DNA of 29,391 nucleotides from Candidatus Bathyarchaeota archaeon (GTDB taxonomy: Archaea > Thermoproteota > Bathyarchaeia > TCS64), in the NCBI GenBank assembly GCA_043826455.1, contig JBDRQD010000058.1, forward strand, positions 1 through 29,391, read 5' to 3'. The notes under the pieces are model-generated. The model did not search any database. It was not told the DNA's origin and worked only from the letters and a program-made list of their open reading frames with translations. The position numbers and the translations under genes are program-made. This document shows, piece after piece, positions 17,109 through 25,960 of the stretch. The first letter of the stretch is position 1; every line of letters begins with the position of its first letter.

Positions 17109-18086
17109 TCAGTGTATCTCCCTGATGTCCTTCCCTATCTCGTAGACCACGTCCCCCTGCCAGATGGCCGGACTCGTCACCATGTGCACCACACCATCAG
17201 TGGGCACTGTGATCTCCTCCAACGTCTCCCCGAAAAGGTCCTTGATAACCCCCAGCTCCTGGCCCTCCTCCACCATGTCCCCCGCCCGGACGTGGCTGAT
17301 GAAGAAGCCGCCGTGCTCAGCGTACAGGTGGTACGGGTTGAACACCTTGGCCCTGGAGGGCACCAGTGGCTCGCCCTCCATCATGCCCAGCCTCATCATC
17401 ACGTTCCTGCAGCCCCGGACCACCTCCGAGACGATGTCGCTCTGGCACCTGCCCATGCCGCCGGCCTCGGTGCCCACCGTCACGGGGAACCTCATAGTGC
17501 TTGTGGATGGCCTTGGCAGGCTCTCCCGTATCCACTCCCACCCGAAGGCGCGGCAAAGGTCCAGGTTCAGCCCATCCTTCTCCCTGTCACCGGTCATCCT
17601 GTACATGGTGCCCGTCAGCAGGTCCTCCTCTATGTCACCGCCGTGGAGGTTCAGCCGGTAATCCGCCTGGCAGAGCACCTCCCTGTACAAGGTGGTGGTG
17701 ACATAGTATGTGATCTTGGGGGGCCCCGAGCCTCCCCGAGGTATCTCCTCCACATAATAGCCTGTTAGGTCCCTGTAGTCAACGGGGTTTCCGTGCATCC
17801 ACCGGGCCTCGAAGGCCAGGGTGTTCACCATGGGCACCAGGATGACCTGGCCGTCGATGTCCCCTGGCTCCAGGGTCTTCATGAGCTCCAGGATCCCGGC
17901 GGGGCCGTTGTACTCTGAGCCGTGCTCGCCCCCGTTGATGACCAGGGTGGGGCCGCTGCCCGCACCGTTGACGAGCATCACGGGTATCTGGTGGCGGCCC
18001 GCGGGACGATCAGCTATGCTTAGATAGCCTTTCACCGTCTCCCCCGGCCTGGCCTCTAGCTTCTGGACCTTGAGAACGTCAGACAT
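17109..18086 (-). CDS. Succinylglutamate desuccinylase/aspartoacylase (M14 AstE/AspA) family protein
   Basis: GPTLVINGGEHGSEYNG, PMVN, NLHGGD, TEAG, C-terminal hybrid domain. Start reassigned to ATG 18086. Confidence 0.88.
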   Translation of the reverse strand: MSDVLKVQKLEARPGETVKGYLSIADRPAGRHQIPVMLVNGAGSGPTLVINGGEHGSEYNGPAGILELMKTLEPGDIDGQVILVPMVNTLAFEARWMHGNPVDYRDLTGYYVEEIPRGGSGPPKITYYVTTTLYREVLCQADYRLNLHGGDIEEDLLTGTMYRMTGDREKDGLNLDLCRAFGWEWIRESLPRPSTSTMRFPVTVGTEAGGMGRCQSDIVSEVVRGCRNVMMRLGMMEGEPLVPSRAKVFNPYHLYAEHGGFFISHVRAGDMVEEGQELGVIKDLFGETLEEITVPTDGVVHMVTSPAIWQGDVVYEIGKDIREIH

Positions 18087-18144
18087 GGTGTAATCTAGCC
18101 CTGAAGCGAATATGGCTTTTATGCCCACGCGGATAACTGAAACC

Positions 18145-19041
18145 ATGGCTGACAGGCTCAAGGGCAAGGTGGCCGTGGTGACGGGCTCCGGCAGGGGCTT
18201 CGGCAGAGCCATGGCGCTGGCCTACGCATCAGAGGGTGCAAGGGTGGTCTCCGTGGCCCGAACAATTGATGAGCTGCGGCAGACGGAGGCCATGATCCGT
18301 GAGGCGGGCGGCGAAGCATACACGGTTGAGGCCGACCTGGCCACGGACGAGGGGCTCAACAGGGTCGTCGACGAGGCCCTGAGCGCCTACAGTGGCGTCG
18401 ATGTGCTGGTGAACAACGCGGCCACCAGCCCCTGGCTCACCCTGGAAGAGACAACCCTGACACACTGGGATAGAGTGATGGCTGTGAACCTACGGGCACC
18501 CTTCGCCCTCTCCAAGGTCCTAGCACCTATCATGGCTGGGCGTGGGGGTGGAGCCATCATCAACGTCAGCAGCAGGTCCGCTGAGCTCGGCTTCGTCGCC
18601 GAGACAGCCTACTGCCCCAGTAAGTACGGCCTAGAGGGCCTCACCCAGTGCCTGGCACTGGAGCTGAGGACGCGGAACATAGCCGTGAACAGCCTCAACG
18701 TGGCTGCACCGCCGGGTAAGAGGCTCAAGCCCACAGAGCTCACCATCAGGGAGGCCGAGGCTATGCCATACGATGTCAAGTCGCTCTATGCTGATGACTG
18801 GGGCATGGCTGAACACTTCCGTGATGCCTGGACCTTCCTGGCCCTGCAGGACGGCTCGGGCATCACAGGCCAGAGGCTGGGCACGGGAGAGCTGGCCAGG
18901 GTCCTCAAGGAGGAGGGCGAGGCCGCCGCCTATCACCGCTGGAGGGGCAAGCTGACCCAGGCGGTCTACACGCCCATCCCGTGGCCCGAGAAGGCGCGGT
19001 ACCAGACCCGGGAAGGGGGCTGGAGGGAGCTAGTCTTCTAG
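18145..19041 (+). CDS. SDR family NAD(P)-dependent oxidoreductase
   Basis: TGSGRGFG, LVNNAA, catalytic Ser and YCPSK. Has a C-terminal extension. Start reassigned to ATG 18145. Confidence 0.92.
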   Translation: MADRLKGKVAVVTGSGRGFGRAMALAYASEGARVVSVARTIDELRQTEAMIREAGGEAYTVEADLATDEGLNRVVDEALSAYSGVDVLVNNAATSPWLTLEETTLTHWDRVMAVNLRAPFALSKVLAPIMAGRGGGAIINVSSRSAELGFVAETAYCPSKYGLEGLTQCLALELRTRNIAVNSLNVAAPPGKRLKPTELTIREAEAMPYDVKSLYADDWGMAEHFRDAWTFLALQDGSGITGQRLGTGELARVLKEEGEAAAYHRWRGKLTQAVYTPIPWPEKARYQTREGGWRELVF

Positions 19042-20052
19042 CTCCGCCTCGATGTACGTGACCAGCTGAGAGAACCCCTCATCGCCCACCAGGTCCAGGG
19101 TCTTAAGGTTCATGCCCCTCAGGTGGGGTGATCCCAGCCCCAGCCTCACTGCGTGGCGGAACTGGTCATGCTCCTTCACGGGCCTGTCCGAGACCCTCAC
19201 TGTGTTATGGCGCCTCATGATGGCCGCGCAGACGGCGTCGCAGGCCACCATGTTGCCCCCGGCAACTATGACGCCGGGCTCCACCTCGTCTTTAGGATCG
19301 GTCCCGATGCCCGTGTTCATCCTCAGGGCGTCGGCCACCACCAGGTCAACGTTGTAGGCGGAGTTGATGTCCAGCAGCTTCCCCACGTGATGCTCCCCGT
19401 TGTGGAGCCACTCCCGGCTCCGGGCGTCTATGAGGCCGACACTCAGCTTCATGGCGCAGGTGAATGTGGCCGTGGTGTGACTCCTCAGGATGGGCGAGAA
19501 GATGACCCGCTCCGCCTCGTAGATGCGCCGCGGGATCACCAGGCCGCCGGGCCAGTACTCGGCCTCGCGGGGCCTGACCCTTACCCACTGCTCCTCCTCG
19601 AAGTAGGCCAGCTGAAGCCCCAGATCCTCAGCCGCGGCCTTGATGCCCAGGTTCTCCACGGTGGCACGGGTGGGCAGGCCCCGGGCCCTCCCCGACATGT
19701 CACCAACCACGATCCTGTCCGGCTCGACGCCCGCGTCCATGAGGGCCCTGGCGATGGCCCTAACAGTGTCCGGGTGGGTGTCCCGGGGGTACGGGTCATC
19801 AGTATTACAGTTGGGCTTGATGATGGTCTCGCCCTCGACGCCCTTGGCCATGGGCTTGAGTCCGCCCAGCAGCCTCATGGCCTCTGATATCCCCCGGCCC
19901 CGGTCACTGCACCTGACCAGCGCGACTGTGTCCCTGCCACCCACCCTGTACGGGCTCTCTCTCCCCGGCTTGACGGGGACGCTGTGCGCCTTGGGGGGGC
20001 GCTCCGCGAACTCCCTGTACAGCCTCATGGAGCCTTCCGGAGTAACTTTCAT
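19030..20052 (-). CDS. DUF362 domain-containing protein
   Basis: IKPN, THP, VGD.SG, P.L.SH....T.AMK, D/N.VA.DA motifs. Confidence 0.85.
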   Translation of the reverse strand: MKVTPEGSMRLYREFAERPPKAHSVPVKPGRESPYRVGGRDTVALVRCSDRGRGISEAMRLLGGLKPMAKGVEGETIIKPNCNTDDPYPRDTHPDTVRAIARALMDAGVEPDRIVVGDMSGRARGLPTRATVENLGIKAAAEDLGLQLAYFEEEQWVRVRPREAEYWPGGLVIPRRIYEAERVIFSPILRSHTTATFTCAMKLSVGLIDARSREWLHNGEHHVGKLLDINSAYNVDLVVADALRMNTGIGTDPKDEVEPGVIVAGGNMVACDAVCAAIMRRHNTVRVSDRPVKEHDQFRHAVRLGLGSPHLRGMNLKTLDLVGDEGFSQLVTYIEAELED

Positions 20053-20100
20053 GGCGTATATGACGCTGCCTCGCGGGATTATTCTTTTCCCCTGACTCGT

Positions 20101-20123
20101 CTAGGATGTGTCGCCCATCCTAG
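20101..20123. other. Perfect 8-bp hairpin between truD and the DUF362 gene
   Basis: CTAGGATG-tgtcgcc-CATCCTAG. Confidence 0.35.
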
Positions 20124-20138
20124 GGTTCACCCCTCGCC

Positions 20139-21203
20139 CTAGTCCTCCGGCTCCGTCTTCATGAACTCCCTGAGTAGGGTGGTGGCGAACCCACCCTTGT
20201 GCAGCATGAACGAGAGCTGGACTCCCCGGGGCGTCTCAGCCACCTCGATCCTGGGCGTCAGCCTGCCCAGCCGCCGGGTGCCCGTGACCCTCATGCGTCT
20301 AAACGTCTCCATGGACATCTCCGACTCCTCAAGTATCTCGGCCTCGAGGGCGGCCGCCTCCCCCAGCGGCTGGGACATCTTGTACCCGTACATGGGGGCC
20401 GTGAAGCTGATCTCCTGGGCCTCGTACCGGGGCTGCTCGGCCTCGGGGTCATTCACCCAGAATATGCCGCCGGTGTCATGCTTCTTAGCTATGTCGCCCA
20501 TCAGCAGCCTGCCGAAGAGGCCGCGGCTCACCCTCTCGGCCAGGTACCTGTTGCACAGGTAGCTCTGGTACCCCGAGACCAGGAGCTTCCTTAGCCACCT
20601 GTCGGCGAACGTCTTCCGGCCGTGAAGTATCTCCCAGCCCTCCTGCACGTTCTTGCCGCCTCTCCCGGTCCTCTGCTCGCCGTAGTAGTTGGGCAGCCCC
20701 TTCAGGTGGATCGTTTCGGCTATGCTCCTCGTGTTCTCGACGGCCCGGCTCATGGGCATACGTATGTCAGTGATCATTACCCTGAACCTGTTACCTATGA
20801 GGTGGCCCGCCCTGAACTTGTTGCCGTGGAACTTGGCCCAGATTACCTTGACGTCTATGCTGCCCTCGATGAGCTCCACGGCGTCGCTGGGTCGCACATC
20901 GTTCCTCTCGAAGAGTACGCTAAACGTCTGTGTGGTCACGGCGTACTTGTCCTTGAGCCCCGCGGTGCCCACGTTCTCGGGTCTCAGACTGAAGAGCTCG
21001 GCCAGCTGGAGCTGCACGTCACGGGTGGTCTGGTTCACCTTGGTTAGGTTGACGTACAGGTGGCTACCGACGCCCGAGGGCTCGTAGAGGGCCACCTCCT
21101 CGACCACGAAGTCCTCCGGGCGCGCCCTGATGCGGCCCCCTACGCCCTCCAGCCCCGCGGTGATGTATGGGAGCGACAGGTCGAGGGGAGGCGGCTTCAC
21201 CAT
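20139..21203 (-). CDS. truD: tRNA pseudouridine(13) synthase TruD
   Basis: PEDFVVEE, AGLKDKYAVTTQ (catalytic Asp), GNRF, PNYYGEQR.G, SF.L.KG.FAT.LLRE. Confidence 0.95.
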   Translation of the reverse strand: MVKPPPLDLSLPYITAGLEGVGGRIRARPEDFVVEEVALYEPSGVGSHLYVNLTKVNQTTRDVQLQLAELFSLRPENVGTAGLKDKYAVTTQTFSVLFERNDVRPSDAVELIEGSIDVKVIWAKFHGNKFRAGHLIGNRFRVMITDIRMPMSRAVENTRSIAETIHLKGLPNYYGEQRTGRGGKNVQEGWEILHGRKTFADRWLRKLLVSGYQSYLCNRYLAERVSRGLFGRLLMGDIAKKHDTGGIFWVNDPEAEQPRYEAQEISFTAPMYGYKMSQPLGEAAALEAEILEESEMSMETFRRMRVTGTRRLGRLTPRIEVAETPRGVQLSFMLHKGGFATTLLREFMKTEPED

Positions 21204-21262
21204 TCTGTGATGTATCCCGCCTAGGTTATTGAAGGATTCGAAAAAGGTGGATGATGTGTCCG

Positions 21263-22204
21263 CTACATCTTCCGGGGTCTCTTGGGGACGGCCAAGTCCG
21301 CTGCCCCCATCTCTGAGAGCCGTGCCTCGGGCCAGTTCTCCTCCACGATCCCTATGAGCCGTTCAGCGTACACCACCTTGTCCCGGGCCAGCTTCTCCAG
21401 TCCCGCCCCCCAAGGCTTGTAGAGGGCGCCGACGCCGGGCCCCGGCTCTATCTTGAAGTAGCAGGGAGAGCAGACCCGCGCCATCTCCGGGGTCTCGTAT
21501 ATCCTGTTGAAGCCGCCCCAGGCGTCGAAGAGCCAGACGTGGAGGTCCATGGGTATCTTGACCGCCTGCCTTATGGCTGCCAACTGTGGCAGGGTGAGGT
21601 CGCCCACGGGGTTGAAGGTGTCGGCCCCCAGCGTCTCCAGCACCTTGGCGCCCGCCGGGTTAGCGTGGCCCGCGAAGATGCTGAGCTTGAACACCACGTC
21701 TCTGGGTATCATGCCCCGCTTCCTGAGCTCGTTTACAGCGTAGAGACCGCCCTCGCCTACGACGAGGAACCCCTTGAAGCCCAGTTCGATGCAGTGGCGT
21801 ATATCGTCAACCACCTCGATGAGACCCTTCATGCCCCTGTACCTGATGCCGCATAGGCCCCCCTCCGGTGTGGCCACTTGGCGCCCCGTGTCCCACAGCG
21901 CCCTGGGGCCAGGGGTGAGGATGACCTCCAGGTCGGCGTCGTGGGCCACCTGGGCGAACTCCTCAAGCTCGCTGTCGCTGAGAAGCGTTGACCCCATCAC
22001 GGTGCTTATGAGCCTGTGGACGGGCACGTCCCGCCTGTCCATCTCGTCCACCAGGGCCCTGAGCACGGAGAGGTTCTCCACGCCAGATATCTCGATGCGG
22101 TAATTAGCCCCGTCGGGGAAGGTTGTGCTTGAGGAGGGGAGGCCGTAGGCGTCGCCCTCGGGTAGTCCTATCTCGGCCAGCATCTTGGCCGTCTCTTTAA
22201 GCAT
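21263..22204 (-). CDS. Uncharacterised TIM-barrel protein (U32-peptidase-like family)
   Basis: Pattern 'G..GFLV..EG.L', 'K.S.F....NP.....LE.LGAD..N...DL.L..LA.IR....P.D' recalls U32-like barrels. Confidence 0.6.
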   Translation of the reverse strand: MLKETAKMLAEIGLPEGDAYGLPSSSTTFPDGANYRIEISGVENLSVLRALVDEMDRRDVPVHRLISTVMGSTLLSDSELEEFAQVAHDADLEVILTPGPRALWDTGRQVATPEGGLCGIRYRGMKGLIEVVDDIRHCIELGFKGFLVVGEGGLYAVNELRKRGMIPRDVVFKLSIFAGHANPAGAKVLETLGADTFNPVGDLTLPQLAAIRQAVKIPMDLHVWLFDAWGGFNRIYETPEMARVCSPCYFKIEPGPGVGALYKPWGAGLEKLARDKVVYAERLIGIVEENWPEARLSEMGAADLAVPKRPRKM

Positions 22205-22320
22205 AGTACTCCGAGGAAATGTTTAGTCTCTGACTATTTTAAATATTCCAATTAGAATCAGGTAAGGCGCCTCTTAGAGCCTCAGACGTCGATGAATAAA
22301 GGAAAAGGTTGAGGGAGGGG

Positions 22321-23805
22321 TCACTGGCTCTCCCGGAAGGGGTGCCTGGAGCTCCGCGCGTTCTCAGCGGCCTCCCGGGCCGTGGGCCTGCCCTCCATGG
22401 CCTTCCGGATGGCGTGCCTCATGGCCTTCAGGTTGTTGATGTACACCCGTCTGCGACGCGAGGCTGAGGGGTGGACGAAGACGTTGGCTATCATCACCAG
22501 CTCATCCGTCTCGGGCAGTATGCCGTCCGCCACGGACATGGCCACGGCCTTGGCCACGGCCTCCTGGGCCGGCCCGTAGACGAAGCTGGCGTCCCTCATA
22601 CCCCTGACGGGCACCGTGGGCACTATGATGGTGGGCGGCTTCACGGCCATGTTGGGCTCCAGTATCACCTGCAGGGCCTCCCGGTCCTTGCTGGGCCTGG
22701 CTAGCGCCTCCGCGTAGGCCTTGCCCACGGGGCCGTCCACCTGGCCTATCAGCAGGTCTATGTGGGCCACCTCGTTGCTGTCGGGGTCCACTAGGGCCTC
22801 ACCTGTCCGCAGCTTGAACTGGTCTATGACAGCGGGGGTGACGTCCACCCTGTAGAACTGTTCCTTGACGGGGCCGGATGGCAGCTTGAACTCCACAGGC
22901 TTCTTGGGTATGAGGCCCAGGTTCTCCAACTCGACCCGGAACTCCTCCCTGAGCTCCCAGGTCACCGTGTCCCCAAGTACTATTGGGCGCCTGGTGGGGC
23001 CCACGTCGTGGCCCATGAAGTTGAGGCACACCTTGGGGCCCTGGGCGCCCGTGGCCACGATGTGGCGGGTGAACTTCTGGAGCCTCCACTGGACTTTTCG
23101 GGCCTCATCCAGCTTCCCTGCCTTGAACTTCTTGTAGAGGTCAAGCCAGTAGGGGGCGACCACGTTGGCTGATGCAAGGATCATGCCCTTGCAGCCCACT
23201 GCCAGGGCTGCCAGGACCACCTCGTCCCAGCCCACCACCACGTCGATCTTATCGCCCACCTTCTCCAGCACCGACATGAGGTACTTGAGGTCGCCGCTGC
23301 TGTCCTTCATGGCGCGGACCGTGCTGCACTCGTCTACTAAGTCTTCGACTACCTGCCATGGGATGTACTGGTTGGTGGCCACCGGTATGTTGTACAGGAC
23401 GAGGGGTATGTCCACGGCGCCGGCTATGCTCACATAGTGGTCGTAGATGCCCTTACCGCCCTTGGGCTTCATGTAGTAGGGGTTGACTATGATGGCGGCG
23501 TCCGCTCCCACGTCCAGGGCGTGCCTGGTGGCGTCTATGACCAGCTTGGTGGCCGTGTCCCCGGTGCCGGCTATGACCGGCACCCTGCCGTTCACCTGGT
23601 CCACGCACACCTCTATGACTCGGGCCCTCTCAGCTTGGGTCATGAGGCTAAACTCGCCCGTGGTGCCGCAGGGCACTATGCCCGTGATACCCTGCTCTAT
23701 GAGCCAGTCCACGAGGTCCCGGAACACGGGCTCGTTGAACTCCTCATGTTTGTCGAAGGGCGTGACCACTGCGGGCAGCACGCCCTCTAGTTTAAAACTT
23801 GACAT
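22321..23805 (-). CDS. Fusion protein: DapA/NAL-family class I aldolase plus C-terminal formaldehyde-activating enzyme (Fae) domain
   Basis: N-terminal part has TPF, GTTGE, PYY, YNIP and the Schiff-base KDSSGD. C-terminal part (~22324-22815) has GEALV...NEVAHIDLLIG, PN..VKP, GPAQ.AVAKAV..SVADGILP, VFVHP.A, AIRKAMEG.P, HPF, all Fae hallmarks. Confidence 0.92.
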   Translation of the reverse strand: MSSFKLEGVLPAVVTPFDKHEEFNEPVFRDLVDWLIEQGITGIVPCGTTGEFSLMTQAERARVIEVCVDQVNGRVPVIAGTGDTATKLVIDATRHALDVGADAAIIVNPYYMKPKGGKGIYDHYVSIAGAVDIPLVLYNIPVATNQYIPWQVVEDLVDECSTVRAMKDSSGDLKYLMSVLEKVGDKIDVVVGWDEVVLAALAVGCKGMILASANVVAPYWLDLYKKFKAGKLDEARKVQWRLQKFTRHIVATGAQGPKVCLNFMGHDVGPTRRPIVLGDTVTWELREEFRVELENLGLIPKKPVEFKLPSGPVKEQFYRVDVTPAVIDQFKLRTGEALVDPDSNEVAHIDLLIGQVDGPVGKAYAEALARPSKDREALQVILEPNMAVKPPTIIVPTVPVRGMRDASFVYGPAQEAVAKAVAMSVADGILPETDELVMIANVFVHPSASRRRRVYINNLKAMRHAIRKAMEGRPTAREAAENARSSRHPFRESQ

Positions 23806-23859
23806 CTCTGAGAGTTGTTAGGTTCAGCCTTTCTATAACAGTTTCCACGGGGCCAGCCG

Positions 23860-24279
23860 CTACTTGTCGGCTTTCTTGGCCGCCTCCAGCCTCTCCCTAA
23901 CCTCGTTCATGAACTCGGGGAAGTCGTACTCCTCGGCGTCGAAGGGTCCCTCCCACCACTCCACGGTGAGTATGTCCGTCTCCGGCAGCAGTATGTGGGG
24001 CACGCCCGCGGGCACGTGGAGGGGCTTCCCCTTGGTGAGAGGGTACTCCACGTTCCGGCCCTTATCCTTGAACACGTACTTGGCTTTACCATCCATGAGG
24101 ATGGAGGTCTGTTCCACCTTGTGTATGTGGTTTCCACGGTACATCCCGGCCCTGGTGTAGAGCAGCGAGTACCACTTCCCCTTGTAGGTGAAGCCTATGG
24201 CCTCGCCGACGTACTTCATCTCTCCGCCGGTCCACCTCTCATAGTCGATGACGTGCTTCTTCGTCACTTTGTCTACCAC
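23860..24279 (-). CDS. Cupin-domain protein
   Basis: RGNHIH..EQ....DG and VPAGVPH cupin metal motifs. Confidence 0.85.
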   Translation of the reverse strand: MVDKVTKKHVIDYERWTGGEMKYVGEAIGFTYKGKWYSLLYTRAGMYRGNHIHKVEQTSILMDGKAKYVFKDKGRNVEYPLTKGKPLHVPAGVPHILLPETDILTVEWWEGPFDAEEYDFPEFMNEVRERLEAAKKADK

Positions 24280-24349
24280 GGTTGGATCATGGATGATAAC
24301 CTTATTTATCAGTGCCTGTTAAAACCTAAGCCGTTCACGCGCCTCTGAG

Positions 24350-24362
24350 CATATATTATATG
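24350..24362. promoter_or_regulatory. Palindromic TATA-like element in the divergent promoter region
   Basis: CATATA-T-TATATG, about 33 nt before the TTG start of the larA-like gene. Confidence 0.4.
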
Positions 24363-24394
24363 GCTGCGTGCAATATGGGTCTTGTTGATACACT

Positions 24395-25645
24395 TTGGTT
24401 AAGGTCGATATCCCCCACCACTGCTGGTACGAGGACAAACCCCTCACCCTCACCTTCCCCGACGACTGGAAGGTCCACAGGTGCAGGGTGGCCAGCGAGG
24501 GCGCCAAGCCCATGACTGAGAAGCAGATCAAGGCAGCCATACTGAAGCCCGTAGGCCAGAGGCCGCTACCCGAACTGGCCGAGAAGGCCGAGGAGGTGGT
24601 CGTCATCTTCGACGACATGACCCGCCCAACGAAGACGTGGCAGTACACGCCCACAATCTTGGAGACCCTGCACAAGGCTGGGGTCCCGGAGGACAACATC
24701 AGGTTCATCATAGCGCCGGGCACCCACGGCACCTATGGTCGAAGAGACTTTGTGAAGAAGCTGGGCGAGGACACGGTGAGCAGGTACCAGGTCTACAACC
24801 ACAACCCCTACGAGATGCTGGACTACCTGGGGGACACCAGCCACGGCTGCCCTGTCTGGGTGAACAGCGAGGTCATGTCCTGCGACCTAAAGATAGGCGT
24901 CGGCACCGTCCTCTTCCACAGGCTCACGGGGATGAGCGGCGGAGGCAAGCTCATCAGCCCCGGCGTCGCCGGCATCGAGACCATACGGTTTAACCACGGG
25001 GAAGTGGGGGGCTTCGGCCCAGGCAGGACTCCGGACCCGTCCACCGGCTACATGGCCAACGACCAGAACAGGATGAGGCACGACGCTGAAGAGGCTGCAA
25101 GGCTGGCGGGCCTGGACTACAAGATCGACACGGTGCTGAACCTGAACAGGGACCCCCTAGAGCTGTACGCGGGGGACTTCGTGGAGACCCAGCGCCGGGC
25201 ATCCAAGGACGCCATCAGGCTGCACGCCACGGAGAGCCCCGAATCAGACATTGTGGTGGTTGGCAGCTATCACAGGGAGAACGAGCCCTACCTGGGCCTG
25301 TGGCCCGGCCTCAGCACGGTGAAGGAGGGGGGCACCCTGGTGATGGTGAATGACTGCCCAGACGGAGACATCAACCACTGGCTCTTCAACAGGCACGGCA
25401 AGACCATCGGAGCCAGCCTCTGGAACCCCAAGTCTCAGAGGTTACCCAAGGTGAGGCACATGATCATATTCGGCGAGTACCCGTTGAAGAGCTTCTTGAT
25501 GAGGTATGAGGCCGAGCAGGTAACCTGGATCAGGCGGTGGGACGAGGTGGTGGAGGAACTGAGGAACCACCACAAAGCCGGGTCGAAGGTGGCCGTCATC
25601 CCGGACGGCACCAGCTGTATACCCGAGAATACGTTGGTGAGTTAG
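24395..25645 (+). CDS. LarA-superfamily (DUF2088) nickel-pincer-dependent alpha-hydroxy acid racemase/epimerase
   Basis: DDMTRPT, GTH, NH, LG.TS.G.PV.VN, FH..GMSGGGK...PGVAG.ETI..NH, VKEGGTLV...CPDG. Confidence 0.88.
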   Translation: MVKVDIPHHCWYEDKPLTLTFPDDWKVHRCRVASEGAKPMTEKQIKAAILKPVGQRPLPELAEKAEEVVVIFDDMTRPTKTWQYTPTILETLHKAGVPEDNIRFIIAPGTHGTYGRRDFVKKLGEDTVSRYQVYNHNPYEMLDYLGDTSHGCPVWVNSEVMSCDLKIGVGTVLFHRLTGMSGGGKLISPGVAGIETIRFNHGEVGGFGPGRTPDPSTGYMANDQNRMRHDAEEAARLAGLDYKIDTVLNLNRDPLELYAGDFVETQRRASKDAIRLHATESPESDIVVVGSYHRENEPYLGLWPGLSTVKEGGTLVMVNDCPDGDINHWLFNRHGKTIGASLWNPKSQRLPKVRHMIIFGEYPLKSFLMRYEAEQVTWIRRWDEVVEELRNHHKAGSKVAVIPDGTSCIPENTLVS

Positions 25646-25960
25646 ATGAAGAAGGCGATACAGATAGACGACAAGGACAACGTGGCCACGGCCACCGGCG
25701 ACGTGAAGAAAGGGGAGCAGGTGGAGATACTGTCCCCTGAGGGCAAGGTCATCCTCAAGGCTAAGCCTGTGGACGACATAGCCTTCGGCCACAAGCTGAG
25801 CCTCAGAAGGATCAAGATGGGTGAGGAGATCATCAAGTATGGTGAGGTGATAGGGGTCGCCTCCAGGGCGATCCCCGCCGGCGAGTGGGTTCACACCCAC
25901 AACGTGGACAGCGCCAGGCTCAAGACCTCCGGTGAGGAGGTCAGGGGGGTGACTGTGTGA
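25646..25960 (+). CDS. UxaA-family dehydratase/lyase small (SAF) subunit
   Basis: DNVATA, I.FGHK.SL..I..GEEIIKYGEVIG.A...I..GEWVHTHNV. Confidence 0.92.
   Translation: MKKAIQIDDKDNVATATGDVKKGEQVEILSPEGKVILKAKPVDDIAFGHKLSLRRIKMGEEIIKYGEVIGVASRAIPAGEWVHTHNVDSARLKTSGEEVRGVTV

Noticed and set aside
13529..20133. Identical 12-mer AGGGTTCACCCC just after the stops of the Pab87-like gene (13529-13540) and truD (20122-20133)
   Set aside because: Only two copies, in opposite orientation relative to transcription, which is compatible with chance.
22321..23805. Annotation as lysine-biosynthesis dapA
   Set aside because: It lacks the ASA-binding Arg after YNxP, has no lysine-pathway neighbours, and carries a Fae domain.
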